Below are positions 27,060 through 44,400 of a stretch of DNA of 64,000 bases, piece after piece; position 1 is the first letter of the stretch; the number at the start of each line of letters is the position of its first letter. The notes under the pieces were generated by a model. That model saw only the letters and a program-made list of their open reading frames with translations. It ran no database searches and was not told the origin of the DNA. The translations under genes and the position numbers were made by a program. The stretch comes from Octopus vulgaris (taxonomy: Eukaryota), in the NCBI GenBank assembly GCA_951406725.2, contig OX597825.1, positions 52,700,001-52,764,000 on the forward strand, given 5' to 3'.

Positions 27060-27956
27060 CATACATATATACAAATATATATACATATATGATATTGATG
27101 TTCTGTAATTTGTAGATATCTGAAAGGAAATCCAAAAGGAGTAACAGGGAAAATTTCCCAATAGATCGAGGGTTTACAAACTAAAATTGTCTCACACAGA
27201 ATAGAGCAAGGAAACAATTTGTTCTGACAATGTAACAGAAATGGTGCAATGCCTTAAACTGAAAAATGTTCTGATGTAAGCAGAAGATCACATGACCACA
27301 TGCCTGCATTTATACAACGCAATAAAATGTAATAAAATGTAAAAACATGGTTTGGATAGAGCAGATCCCGCACATAATTTCTGAATATAAATCTTTGTAG
27401 TGAAGTAAAGTTATATTAAAAACACATAAAGATCACCTGCAGTCTCACAAAAGCAACCACAATTCAGTCGTTTATTCTGCCTTTATTTTATTGCTTGCGT
27501 GTGAAAGTGGCTTTAGATTAAAGCAATTACAAAATTCTTGGAAGAAAGCTAGCTCAGCTTGACATGGTGATACAAGAAAAACCAAGATATTCTAGTTGTA
27601 GTAACAGCAGTAATAATGGTAATAATAGTGGAAATAATAATGACTAACATTAGTGGAAGACAGCAAATTTTAAAGGTGGGTGTAGTAATTGATTTAATCG
27701 TCCTTGGTATTGATCTTAGACTGTTTTAGTGACCTTGAAGAATGAATAGTAAAGCTGACATAAGTAGGATTTGAACTAAAGAGTTACAAATTTTTTGTTC
27801 TGCAATACCAAAACCACTAAACTGAAATAGTAATAATGATGAAAGTATAGCATGGTGGTAGTAGTAATAATAGTTGTTAGAAATAGAGAATGGTATATTG
27901 GAGACATGACTGAGACATACACATATTTTATGCTTGTGTGTGTATGTATGTGTGTA

Positions 27957-28046
<90 letters not shown>

Positions 28047-28130
28047 TATATTATATTATATTATATTATATTATATTATATTATATTATATTATACTATA
28101 TTATATTATGTATAAATGTATATACATATA

Positions 28131-30400
28131 TAACTTAGATAACTTAGATTGGTTTTTGGCATTATTGGGCCAGGCCATGACTAACTCAGTAGCACCACCT
28201 GGAAAAGTCTTTTAGTTAATTAGTTTGGGACACCATGGACCACTCAAGCAGAGAGTTGTTGGTTGAGACATATCCAGATGTAGGTAGTTTATCCAGTATT
28301 TGCTGGAAGAATTTGTCCAGGTACTGTTTGAAAGTTGTGGAATCTTTTTCTACTTTAATTTTTTTTAGGATAACATTGAAAAGAGCAGGACCATTTGCAG
28401 TGAAGAAATTGTGTTGCCATGTTCTTGTGTGATGTGATCTCAACCTTTGTAGGGGATGCATTCCATGGGTTGGGGGCTAGTCTTGGGTGAATTGTAAACA
28501 TAATACCAATATCATTTGGATAATATTGGTGGAATATTTTCCACAGGGTGCAAATAAGGTATTGCTCATGGTGGCATTGCAGAGAATAGAGTTCTAGCTG
28601 TTTAAGTCAATCCCAATAATCAAGTCCCATCATGCCATTTGTTTTTTTAGATATTGATCTTTGTGGTGCTTCGATCTTCATTATGTCTTGCTTTTTGTAG
28701 GTGGACCACAATGGGCAGCAGTATTCAAGGTGGGGCCAAGCAAATACGGAGAAGAGTAGGATGGCTTCATGATCCCTAGATTGGAAAGTTCTGAGGATCC
28801 ATGAGCACATTCTTTTTTGTTTATGTGCCCACCCCAGCTAAGGTTGCTGTCAACAGTTACACCTAAGTCTCTGATATTATCCAACAGTTCAAGTAGGTCT
28901 CCTAACAGTAGTGAATATGGCTGTTTGAGTGTGCCCTCTTTTCCAAAGTGAATGAGCTCAAATTTTTCTTTGTTTTTTTGTGCCCACTGGGTTCCTGTGC
29001 ATAGGTCTGATTGAAGCATTGCTTGATTATATACTCCCTTAATGACTTTCTGGAGATTAGAGTCATCTGCAAATATTTTTATGGTGCTATGTTCAATGGA
29101 ATCTGCAATGTCATTGATATAGACAATAAAAAGAAGTGGACCCAGCACAGTACCCTGCAGGACTTTGCAGATAACTTTTGCTGGTCTTGGTTGGATGCCA
29201 TCAATTACAACATGCTCAGTCCTGTTTGTTAGGAAATACCCAATACATTGAAGTAGCTTTCCACCAACTCCAGAATTGGATAGTTTCCTTAACAGTATAT
29301 TGTGTTCAACTCTGTCAAAGGCCTTGCTGAAATCAAGGTATATAACATCCGCATTGGAGCCCTCACTTAGTGCATCTAAGATGTCATCAAAGTAGTGGAG
29401 AAGCTGTGTTAGACAGTCCCTCCCACCACGAAAGCCATACTGGTTTCATTTTAGGAGTTGATTTAGTTCTAGGAAGGCTGTTATTCTTGATCTCAACACT
29501 CTCTCAAATACTTTGATGTTATGTGAGGATAGTGAGATTGGATGGAAGTTTACAGGGAGTGATTTATTCCCATTTTTAAAGATAGGAACAATTAACTGGG
29601 AGAGATGGTTATGAGGGATAAAACTGACATCCAGTGATTTCCTGCAGAGATTTGCAAGAGGAGCTGCAAGTTGCTGTCTGCATTCCTTCAGCACTCTAGC
29701 AGGAAACCTGCCCAGACCAACTGCTGAATCAAGTTTGATTTCTTTTATTGCTGCTAGGATATCAACGGCATCAAAAGTTATGTTGAGGATTCAAAGAAGC
29801 AAGGCTGTTTGAGTCAATTGAATCAGGGTCACTGAAAACAGAGCAGTATTGACTTTGCAGGATCTCAGCCATGACTTTGGCATCACTGTGAAGGATGCCG
29901 TTTCCATCAAGCAGTGGGCTGATAAAGGAAACTGTGGTCCCATATCTTTTTGCAAAGGAGTAAAAGACCTTAGGATTATTGATGATGTTTTTAATAGCAA
30001 GACTTCCACTCTTTGGTCGTATATGAAGGTTATCATATAGTTCGGCAGTTGTTGCTTCTTTGCTTCCAATGTTGTTAATGGTCTCGATTGGGGGTGATGT
30101 TGATGATGGTATTTTAGAGTATTGATTTTTATTCTCCTGGTGAACATATTTCTCTGTTTTGGAATCCTGCATCTACTGTTATTTGTGAGTTGTGAGGGTG
30201 TGTATTTTGAGCATATATGGGTGACTGTTAGGATAGCTATGCATTCTGATAAACAACCCCTCCTCAATAGGAAATTTGAGAACAAAACTTTTTTTTGTCT
30301 TCATGTACGCCTCTGTGTCTTTTCAAAGTATCAGTAAAATAGTAGGACTCTCTACAAGTCCCACACTAGCATATTCATCTCTATAAGTCTAATTAACAGT
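28131..30400 (-). mobile_element. Decayed CR1-group LINE, ORF2 RT region (multiple frameshifts)
   Basis: Fragments IVPIFKNGNKSLPVNFHPISLSS, LGPLLFIVYIND...[16 protein letters not shown] and NPKVFYSFAK; tail (taacttaga)2. Confidence 0.9.
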
Positions 30401-31092
30401 TGGAAGAAGGCAGTCTGGGTCAAATGCTTCTTTTAGCAGTTTCCACATGAATACTTGGCCAATAGTAAGCAACAAAGTAAAGGATTACTAGTCTGAGAAA
30501 ATAACATAATTCAACTGCTCTAAGGACCAATTCTGTAGGTTTTCACTCCACTTTAAATGCTTTGCAACGTCTGTTTTGAAAGTAGTGGTTTGCAGTCCTC
30601 CCATAAAATCTGGCTTTGCGCAGCTCCAAGCAAACAGATTTTATGGAAACTATGTTCTCGAGGTGGTCATTAAGCTCTGCAGTAAATTTGGGAGCTGTAT
30701 TTTTGTAATTCTTTCTAAGAATTCACGTATTTGTCTGTGAGTCCCTTCCAGAGTTTGTTTTGATGAGGTGGTTTTTCCCTCATTCCCAAGGGATGTCATT
30801 ACTTTCGGTACAGTACTTCTTGATGCACCAAACATTTTGGCTACTTTCATCATGCTAGTGTCTGCTATATGATCACCAGCAATTTGACCTCATTGAAAGT
30901 TCGATAGATCTGTCATTTTAATGAATTTTAATTACCTTTTTCTGATGATATCTGAAATGAAACAGCAATTTTAGCAAAACTAATAATAAATCAAAAAGCA
31001 TAAAAATAAACAAGCGTTTGACGGTTTTATAGATATTTCAAAATTATAATGCTATGATGCTAGGTGTTTCCATTATTTTGTGCAAACCCTAT
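30400..31092 (-). mobile_element. Tc1/mariner fossil, 5' half with TIR
   Basis: TIR tagggtttgcacaaaataatggaaacacct on the minus strand; HTH-like KVAKMFGASRSTVPKVM; overlaps in homology with 47150-47375. Confidence 0.75.
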
Positions 31093-31123
31093 ATGTGTGT
31101 GTGTGTTTGTGTATGTGTGTAGG

Positions 31124-31185
<62 letters not shown>

Positions 31186-31209
31186 CATAGATACATGCAC
31201 ATACATATA

Positions 31210-31985
31210 TAACTTAGAATAACTTAGAAAGGTTTTGGCCAGTATTGGACCAGGCCATGTCTAACTTAATAGCACCACCTGGCGAAGTCTTTCAATTCAG
31301 GATTTGGGCACCGAGGCCCATTCGAGCAGAGAGTTATTGTTTGCGGAGACATATCCGGGTGTGGGTGGTTTGTCCGGGACTGTTTGAAGGAATTTGTCCA
31401 AAGACTTCTTGAATTTTGTGTGGTCAGTTTCTGTTTTGACGTGTCCTGGTGTAATGTTGAAGAGAGCGGGTCCAATTGAGGTGAAATAATTGTGCTGTAT
31501 TGTCGTTATGTGATGCGATTTAGATTTTTGTTGTAGACGGATGGCACGTGGTCCAAGCCTTGGATGTATTTTGAAGGTGATGCCAACATCATTCGGACAG
31601 TGCTGATGGAATATTTTCCACATCATACAGATAATGTAGCGTTCACGGCATTGTTGGATTGAATACAGTTTCAGCTTCTCTAGTCTACCCCAGTAGTCAA
31701 GGTCTGACATGCCATCTATGTTTTTTGTGATTGTCCTTTGGGGAGCTTCAATTCTCATAATATTTTGTTTTGTGTAGGGAGACCACAGTGGACAGCAGTA
31801 TTCAAGGTGGGGTCGGGCAAAAGTGGAGAACAGAAGGATAATAGTGTGGGAATCTCTCGACTGGAAGGTTCTGAGAATCCAGGAACACATTCTGCGGGCC
31901 ATGTCAACTTTGGTGCTTATATGTGTAGCCCAGCTTATGTTGTTGTCCACTGTTACTCCCAAGTTTCTGATGTTGTTGGATGCCA
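31210..31985 (-). mobile_element. CR1-group LINE 3' fragment
   Basis: 229-aa ORF with [22 protein letters not shown] and FKKSLDKFL. The 5' truncation abuts a (TA)n tract. Confidence 0.92.
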
Positions 31986-31997
31986 TCTATCTATCTA

Positions 31998-32050
<53 letters not shown>

Positions 32051-32179
32051 TATATACATATATATATACATATATATATACATATATATATATATATATG
32101 TATATATAATATACATAGATACATATATATAAGTATATATATGCATATATATGTGTGTGTGTGCATATATATATGTATA

Positions 32180-32210
<31 letters not shown>

Positions 32211-32234
32211 CGCAGCATACGTACACCTTGTTCA

Positions 32235-32286
<52 letters not shown>

Positions 32287-32304
32287 TATATATATATACA
32301 TGTA

Positions 32305-32644
32305 AATTAACAGAATGAGATAAAAATCAAAGGCTGTGAAAGATTTCAGAACATTTATAAAGAGAAAGACTTACAGGTGTTTCCCGGATATTTTATATAT
32401 ACCTTTATTGGAGGCAGCGCGAGAAAATGGTTAAGCAATAGTTATTCTAGAGATGATATGAAATAAGAGTCCGCTTCACTCTCTATTTCATATCTTCTCT
32501 AGAATAACTATTACTTAACCGTTTTCTTACACCGTCTCTGATGATGGGATATATAAAATATCCCAGAAACAGCTGTAAGACTTTCTCTTTATAAATGTTC
32601 TGAAATCTTCCACAGCCTTTGATTTTTATCTCATTCTGTTAATT
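32305..32644. mobile_element. 340-bp fold-back (inverted repeat) element in (TA)n carrying a hammerhead
   Basis: Arms aattaacagaatgagataaaaatcaaaggctgtg... / ...cacagcctttgatttttatctcattctgttaatt, centred near 32470. Confidence 0.85.
32534..32581 (+). ncRNA. Canonical minimal type I hammerhead ribozyme
   Basis: gtct CTGATGA tgggatat-ataaa-atatccca GAAA cagctg TA agac. Stems I and II are perfect, stem III is palindromic (acagctgt), and the GUA cleavage site is predicted after 32577. Confidence 0.85.
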
Positions 32645-32645
32645 C

Positions 32646-32681
<36 letters not shown>

Positions 32682-32683
32682 AT

Positions 32684-32740
<57 letters not shown>

Positions 32741-33244
32741 CATATATATACTTATATATATGTATATATGTATGTGTGTGTATGTATATATATATATATA
32801 AATGTTTAGCTGAGTTAGAGGTTAAAATAACTATCTAAGGGATAGAGGTATCCATTATACTACCAGTATATTAACTATGTTTACCCATGAGCATACATAT
32901 GAAAGCATAGTATGCACTAAAGTTATTCGCAAAGACGAAGATAAACATGAGTTTATGAGGAATCAAAGTTTAAAGAAACAGAAAATAGAGAAAAATTGAT
33001 GAACAACAACTGATTTACGTTATTACTTATTAATTCAATACAAATACACTGCATATATTTCAATTGAATTGATAAATATTAATTAATGTTACTGAATAGT
33101 TATTCATGAATATTTCTCCATTTTCTCTTTTCTTTATATTTTATATGTATTTATTTATCTCTCTATCTATATATCTATATACACATATATATTCATACTA
33201 GCAGTATCGCCCGGCGTTGCTCAGGTTTGTATATATATATATAT

Positions 33245-35090
<1,846 letters not shown>

Positions 35091-36488
35091 TACTTTGATA
35101 CTTTGATACTTTGATACTTTGATAGGTTTCGGCCATTATTGGCCCAGGCCATGTCTAACTTAATAGCACCACCTGGTGAAGTCTTTCAAGTCAGAATTTG
35201 GGCACTATGGCCCACTCAAGTAGAGAGTTATTGTTTACAGAGACATATCCGGGTGTAGGGGGTTTATCCGGGATTTCTTGAAGGAATCTGTCCAAAGACT
35301 TCTTGAACCCTATAGGGTCAGTTTCTGTTTTAATGTGTTTTGGTGTAATGTTAAAGAGAGCGGGGCCAATTGAGGTGAAATAATTGTGCCGTATTGTTGT
35401 TATGAGATGAGAGTGCGATTTTTGTTTTGGGCGGATGGCACGGGGCCCAAGCCTTGGATGTACCTTAAAGGTGATGCCAACATCATTTGGGCAATGCTGA
35501 TGGAATATTTTCCACATCATGCAGATGATGTAGCGCTCACGACGACGTTGGAGAGAATAGAGTTTTAGCTTTTCTAGTCGACCCCAATAGTCGAGGCCTG
35601 TCATGCCATCTATCTTTTTTGTGATTGCCCTTTGAGGTGCTTCGACTTTTTTGATACCTTGTATTGTGTGGGGAGACCACAGTGGACAACAGTATTCAAG
35701 GTGGGGTCGGGCAAAAGTGGAGAAGAGAAGGATAATGGTGTGGATATCTCTCGACTGGAAAGTTCTGAGAATCCAGGAACACATTCTGCGGGCCATGTCA
35801 ACTTTGGTGTTTATATGAGTGGCCCAGCTTACGTTGTTGTCCACAATTACTCCCAAGTCTCTGATGTTGTTGGACGCCGCGAGAGTTTCACCTGAAGGAA
35901 GGGAGTATGGGAGTTTCAGGGCATCCTCTTTTCCAAAGTGGATTAGCTCAAATTTATCCTCGTTCAGCAGCATATTGTTTTTTTCTGCCCATTGGATAAC
36001 AGCCAGTAGATCTGACTGAAGGCATGTCCGGTCACTCGCCTCATTTATGACCTTCTGTAGCTTGGAGTCATCTGCAAAGATTTTTATGTTGCTGTGCTTG
36101 ATGATGTCATTAATGTCATTAATGTAAATGAGGAAAAGAAGTGGGCCCAGCACAGTGCCTTGCGGAACGCCACTACTGACTTTGGCTGGGCTTGATTTTA
36201 CCCCTTCAACTACAACATGTTGAGATCTGTCTGTCAGGAAACACTTAATCCATTTCAGTAACTTTCCAGAGACACCAATGTTGGATAGTTTTTTCAATAG
36301 GATCTTGTGATCGACCCTGTCGAAGGCCTTACTGAAATCAAGGTAGATGACATCGGTGTTGGAGCCCTCTCCCAAAGCTCTCAAAATGTCCTCAAAGTGA
36401 TGCAGGAGCTGCGTTAGGCAGTCCCTTCCATTACGGAACCCATGTTGGTTGGAGATCAGCCGATCTGTTGCTTTCCAGAAATTGGGTT
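35091..36488 (-). mobile_element. Young CR1-group LINE, 3' 1.4 kb, with an 8-bp tandem tail (ATCAAAGT)n
   Basis: Open RT frame and a 3' terminal (atactttg)4 on the + strand; short tandem tails are typical of CR1-group LINEs. Confidence 0.93.
35191..36384 (-). pseudogene. LINE ORF2 reverse transcriptase, 5'-truncated but uninterrupted for 397 aa
   Basis: [54 protein letters not shown]. Confidence 0.92.
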
Positions 36489-36489
36489 A

Positions 36490-37890
<1,401 letters not shown>

Positions 37891-37894
37891 TGAA

Positions 37895-39475
37895 TATCCC
37901 AAATGTTGATCTTGTAGAGGAACTAGTTATATACCCTGCTAGATAAAGTAATTAAAAATGCAGATACTGGGGATTGACTAGTGGTTAATTAGAGATGTAC
38001 AGGCCTTGTACGCCATTAGAAGGTAAGAATCAGCAGTGGGTATAGCGAAGAATTCCGGGTAGAAGTAGGGTTTCACCAAGGATCAGTCCTCAGCCTCCTC
38101 TTATTCATTATAGTCCTCCGGGCAATAACAGAGAATTCAAGACAGGCTGCCACTGGGAGCTGTTCTATGCTGATGGCCATCCTCTCATAGTGGAATCACA
38201 ACCAGAACTAGAGAAGAAATTTCAGGTGTGGAAGCAAGGTTTAAGATCAGTCTGCCTTAGAGTCAATGTTCCTACAAAGTAGGAGGCGAACACATCACAA
38301 GCACCTTCAGAGTACATAGCCCTGCTTGATCTATAGAAAAGGCATAGGTGGAAACTCCATAAGACGTAGCCAGTGTAAGCTATGGATACATTAAAGGTGC
38401 AGCAACATCAAAGGAAGGTTAACCAGGAAGATAGCTTTTGTGTGCGGCCGATGCACAGGGCAAGAAACACTGCAGATGCTCAAAAAACTGATTCCATCAC
38501 ATGCCAGGGGAAGAAACTAGAAGTAGTTGAGAGCTTCTGTTACCTAGGTAACAAAGCCTTGAGTGGGGGTGGATGCTCAAAGAACGTTGGCACTAGAATA
38601 GGCTGGCCAAAATTAAGAAAGCTCTTACCTCTACTGGTGACTAAGGACTTCTCGCTCAGAGTGAAAGGTAGATTGTTTGATGCATGTGTGTGAACTATCA
38701 TGCTTTACGGCAGTGAATCATGGACCATGATTGCTGGAGACATGCATGGGCCCGAAAGATATGAAGCTAGTATGATCCACTGGATGTGTAAATTGTAAGT
38801 GCCTTGAGAGAAATGTTGGACATAAGAAGTGTGCAATAGAGACGACTGCACTGGTATGATCATGTGTTGTGAATGGATAGGACAGCTGTGTGAAATAGTG
38901 TCATACTCTAGGAGTAGAGGTAACCTGTGGAAGATGTAGACCCAGGAAGACCTGGGTTTAGGTGGTGAAGCATGACCTTCGAAAATTGGGCCTCACTGAA
39001 GCAATGACATGTGACCGAGACCTTTGAAGATATGCTGTGACTGAGAAGGCTCAGCAAGACAAGTAAGATCACAGCCATAGCATACACCAGTGCTGCATAA
39101 CCAGCCCATTTAAAAAGTATCTTTGAATCGTCGGACGACATGCCATGCTTGATGAAACTTATTAAGTCAAGTAAATGAATATCAAAATCTAAATCAAATC
39201 ACAATGAAATGGAAACGGTAGTTGTGACAAATACCAGTGCTGGTGGCACGCAATAAGCACCATTCATGTATGGGTTGTTGCCAGAGCTGCCTGACCAGCC
39301 TCCTCACTCTCACTGGCTCCTGTGCTGGTGGCACATAAAAAACACCACTCAAATGTGGCCAAAGCCAGTGCAGCCTGACTATCTCCAGTGACAGTGGCAT
39401 ATAAAAAGCAGCCACTACACTCTCAAAGTGGTTGGTGTTAGGAAGGGCATCCAGCTGTAGAAACATTGCCAGTTA
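37895..39475 (+). mobile_element. Decayed RTE-clade LINE (RT core and 3' UTR)
   Basis: VGFHQGSVLSLLLF, CHWELFYADG and KKLEVVESFCYLG; homologous to the 19349 element, with many disablements. Confidence 0.88.
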
Positions 39476-39660
39476 AGACACACACATATATGCATATATA
39501 CATAAATAGGTTATGAGAGGTAATGGTGTCAAGAAGACCCAAAGATGGCAGGTAATGCTGAGTAAGTGCTATGGGTAGACCATAGTTAGGCTCCAGGTTC
39601 GGTGATTATGTGAATGAGGAGTCCAACATAGGTCATATATCAGCATGTGCACATATAAAA

Positions 39661-39821
39661 AATTAACACAATGAGATAAAAATCCAAGGCTGTGAAAGGA
39701 TTCAGAACATTTATAAAGGGAAGGTCTTACAGCTGTTTCCAGAATATTTTATATATCCCTTCTCTTTATAAATGTTTTGAAATCTTTCACGGCCTTGGAT
39801 TTTTATCACATTCTGTTAATT
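39661..39821. mobile_element. Internally deleted fold-back relative of the 32305-32644 element
   Basis: Same arm ends (aattaacacaatgagataaaaatccaaggctgtg). It keeps gtcttacagctgtttc but lacks the CTGATGA half. Confidence 0.75.
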
Positions 39822-40003
39822 AGCACCCTCTACACTCTCGGAGTTGTTGGCATTAGGAAGGGCATCCAACTGTAGAAACTCTGCCAGATCAGATTGGCGT
39901 CTGTTGCAGCCATGTGGTTCACCAGACCTCAGTCAAATCGTCCAACCCATGCTAGCATGGAAAGCGGATGTTAAGCGATGATGATGATGATGATGATGAT
40001 GAT
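39822..40003 (+). mobile_element. RTE-tail/SINE fragment with (GAT)n
   Basis: ggcattaggaagggcatcc...ccatgctagcatggaaagcgg(gat)n. Further copies at 40211-40364 (-), 40848-40985 (+), 53372-53585 (+) and 55905-56152 (+). Confidence 0.8.
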
Positions 40004-40059
40004 AACATGGATATATATATCATAGATATATATAAATACACAAACATACATATATATAC

Positions 40060-40108
<49 letters not shown>

Positions 40109-41017
40109 CATATATACTCATATATATACATATACACACACATATATATACTCATATATATACATATACACACATATATATATATATATATTCATACATA
40201 TATATATACACATACGTATATGTACATATCATCATCATTTGGCATCCGCTTTCCATGCTAGCATGGATTGGACGGTTCAACTGGGATCTGTGATGCCAGA
40301 AGGCTGCATCAGGCCCAGTCTGATCTGGCAGTGTTTCTACGGCTGGATGCCCTTCCTAACGCCATATATACATATACATATATATATATTGCATACTTAA
40401 GCTAGTAACCTGCCTCATTCTTGATTCCGAATTCCTTTTGCCAAGTCTGTCCGTAAACGAAGTGATCCCAAGATAAGAAATCTTTGAACTTTAATTCATC
40501 CCGTATCTCTATTTATTATTATTATTTATTAATTATTATTATTCTGATCCCCCTAGTCACCACTCTGTTTACTATTTCAGCCTCGCCTCGTTTTTGCATA
40601 TTCTGTATAATTCACTAGTTATCGTTATAGATATTTAAGATCTATCTCCCTTACAGGGCTGATAGAAATTGGCTGCCGATTCTTTGCGGCGCGCCCGCTC
40701 TACCCACCACCAATACCGGATATCTCTATTTTGCTCCAACTATACCGGATGTCGTTTCTCCCACCACCATTATAGGTGTCTACATATCAATACGCTATTT
40801 CACCATGCATTACCCTCTCTCGATATATATATACGTATGCCAGACCCCTCTGGCACCTGTGCAGGTGGCACGTAAAAACACCCACTACACTCGCGGAGTG
40901 GTTGGCGTTAGGAAGGGCATCCAGCTGTAGAAACACTGCCAGACTAGACTGGAGCCTGGGGCAGTCCCGAGCTCCCCAGACCCCGGTATATATATGATGA
41001 TATGATATATGATGATG

Positions 41018-41056
<39 letters not shown>

Positions 41057-41068
41057 CACATACGTATA

Positions 41069-41116
<48 letters not shown>

Positions 41117-41339
41117 TCAATATAGGGTGGCAAAAAAAATTTTGTAGAATTCTTTTGCCACCAGCGGCCTAGTGGGAAAAAAATTAAATAGTCATAGACC
41201 ATTTTTAAGTTCAACATCAACAATCAAGGAACGGCCATAATAGGCCATTCACCCACTAGAAATAACAGCCAAAGCTTCAACCGCAAATAAAAATTAATTC
41301 CGTAAACCAGGAGAAAATTTAAAAAACATTTACCCTGTA

Positions 41340-41446
41340 ATTTCTTATACGATATACCGTTTCATCTGCTGATTAATGGTAAACTAACCTGATTAAATTA
41401 AATCAAGCCAATCTTCCAAAGGCCCTCAGATTCTTCAGTAAGAAAT
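41340..41446 (-). ncRNA. Type I hammerhead ribozyme, one per 492-bp unit
   Basis: atttctta CTGAAGA atctg...gattggcttgatt/aatcaggttagtt...cagat GAAA cggtatatcg TA taagaaat. Stem I is 8 bp, the stem II base is 5 bp with a 13-bp distal helix, and the GUA cleavage site is predicted between 41348 and 41347. Confidence 0.88.
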
Positions 41447-44400
41447 AGCCCAAGTCGGAACAGATATTTTCACGAGGCATTTCCGACCTTGCCAAGTTTA
41501 TATCTGACCTAAAATTTTCAAATCGTCGCACTCGCGCCAAATTTATCGGCAGCAAATAAATATAAGCCGTCGATTCCATTACGGAATTAACCAGAAAATT
41601 CATAATTAATCAATATAGGGTGGCAAAAAAAATTTTGTAGAATTCTTTTGCCACCAGCGGCCTAGTGGGAAAAAATTAAATAGTCATAGACCATTTTTAA
41701 GTTCAACATCAACAATCAAGGAACGGCCATAATAGGCCATTCACCCACTAGAAATAACAGCCAAAGCTTCAACCGCAAATAAAAATTAATTCCGTAAACC
41801 AGGAGAAAATTTAAAAAACATTTACCCTGTAATTTCTTATACGATATACCGTTTCATCTGCTGATTAATGGTAAACTAACCTGATTAAATTAAATCAAGC
41901 CAATCTTCCAAAGGCCCTCAGATTCTTCAGTAAGAAATAGCCCAAGTCGGAACAGATATTTTCACGAGGCATTTCCGACCTTGCCAAGTTTATATCTGAC
42001 CTAAAATTTTCAAATCGTCGCACTCGCGCCAAATTTATCGGCAGCAAATAAATATAAGCCGTCGATTCCATTACGGAATTAACCAGAAAATTCATAATTA
42101 ATCAATATAGGGTGGCAAAAAAAATTTTGTAGAATTCTTTTGCCACCAGCGGCCTAGTGGGAAAAAATTAAATAGTCATAGACCATTTTTAAGTTCAACA
42201 TCAACAATCAAGGAACGGCCATAATAGGCCATTCACCCACTAGAAATAACAGCCAAAGCTTCAACCGCAAATAAAAATTAATTCCGTAAACCAGGAGAAA
42301 ATTTAAAAAACATTTACCCTGTAATTTCTTATACGATATACCGTTTCATCTGCTGATTAATGGTAAACTAACCTGATTAAATTAAATCAAGCCAATCTTC
42401 CAAAGGCCCTCAGATTCTTCAGTAAGAAATAGCCCAAGTCGGAACAGATATTTTCACGAGGCATTTCCGACCTTGCCAAGTTTATATCTGACCTAAAATT
42501 TTCAAATCGTCGCACTCGCGCCAAATTTATCGGCAGCAAATAAATATAAGCCGTCGATTCCATTACGGAATTAACCAGAAAATTCATAATTAATCAATAT
42601 AGGGTGGCAAAAAAAATTTTGTAGAATTCTTTTGCCACCAGCGGCCTAGTGGGAAAAAATTAAATAGTCATAGACCATTTTTAAGTTCAACATCAACAAT
42701 CAAGGAACGGCCATAATAGGCCATTCACCCACTAGAAATAACAGCCAAAGCTTCAACCGCAAATAAAAATTAATTCCGTAAACCAGGAGAAAATTTAAAA
42801 AACATTTACCCTGTAATTTCTTATACGATATACCGTTTCATCTGCTGATTAATGGTAAACTAACCTGATTAAATTAAATCAAGCCAATCTTCCAAAGGCC
42901 CTCAGATTCTTCAGTAAGAAATAGCCCAAGTCGGAACAGATATTTTCACGAGGCATTTCCGACCTTGCCAAGTTTATATCTGACCTAAAATTTTCAAATC
43001 GTCGCACTCGCGCCAAATTTATCGGCAGCAAATAAATATAAGCCGTCGATTCCATTACGGAATTAACCAGAAAATTCATAATTAATCAATATAGGGTGGC
43101 AAAAAAAATTTTGTAGAATTCTTTTGCCACCAGCGGCCTAGTGGGAAAAAATTAAATAGTCATAGACCATTTTTAAGTTCAACATCAACAATCAAGGAAC
43201 GGCCATAATAGGCCATTCACCCACTAGAAATAACAGCCAAAGCTTCAACCGCAAATAAAAATTAATTCCGTAAACCAGGAGAAAATTTAAAAAACATTTA
43301 CCCTGTAATTTCTTATACGATATACCGTTTCATCTGCTGATTAATGGTAAACTAACCTGATTAAATTAAATCAAGCCAATCTTCCAAAGGCCCTCAGATT
43401 CTTCAGTAAGAAATAGCCCAAGTCGGAACAGATATTTTCACGAGGCATTTCCGACCTTGCCAAGGTTATATCTGACCTAAAATTTTCAAATCGTCGCACT
43501 CGCGCCAAATTTATCGGCAGCAAATAAATATAAGCCGTCGATTCCATTACGGAATTAACCAGAAAATTCATAATTAATCAATATAGGGTGGCAAAAAAAA
43601 TTTTGTAGAATTCTTTTGCCACCAGCGGCCTAGTGGGAAAAAATTAAATAGTCATAGACCATTTTTAAGTTCAACATCAACAATCAAGGAACGGCCATAA
43701 TAGGCCATTCACCCACTAGAAATAACAGCCAAAGCTTCAACCGCAAATAAAAATTAATTCCGTAAACCAGGAGAAAATTTAAAAAACATTTACCCTGTAA
43801 TTTCTTATACGATATACCGTTTCATCTGCTGATTAATGGTAAACTAACCTGATTAAATTAAATCAAGCCAATCTTCCAAAGGCCCTCAGATTCTTCAGTA
43901 AGAAATAGCCCAAGTCGGAACAGATATTTTCACGAGGCATTTCCGACCTTGCCAAGTTTATATCTGACCTAAAATTTTCAAATCGTCGCACTCGCGCCAA
44001 ATTTATCGGCAGCAAATAAATATAAGCCGTCGATTCCATTACGGAATTAACCAGAAAATTCATAATTAATCAATATAGGGTGGCAAAAAAAATTTTGTAG
44101 AATTCTTTTGCCACCAGCGGCCTAGTGGGAAAAAATTAAATAGTCATAGACCATTTTTAAGTTCAACATCAACAATCAAGGAACGGCCATAATAGGCCAT
44201 TCACCCACTAGAAATAACAGCCAAAGCTTCAACCGCAAATAAAAATTAATTCCGTAAACCAGGAGAAAATTTAAAAAACATTTACCCTGTAATTTCTTAT
44301 ACGATATACCGTTTCATCTGCTGATTAATGGTAAACTAACCTGATTAAATTAAATCAAGCCAATCTTCCAAAGGCCCTCAGATTCTTCAGTAAGAAATAG

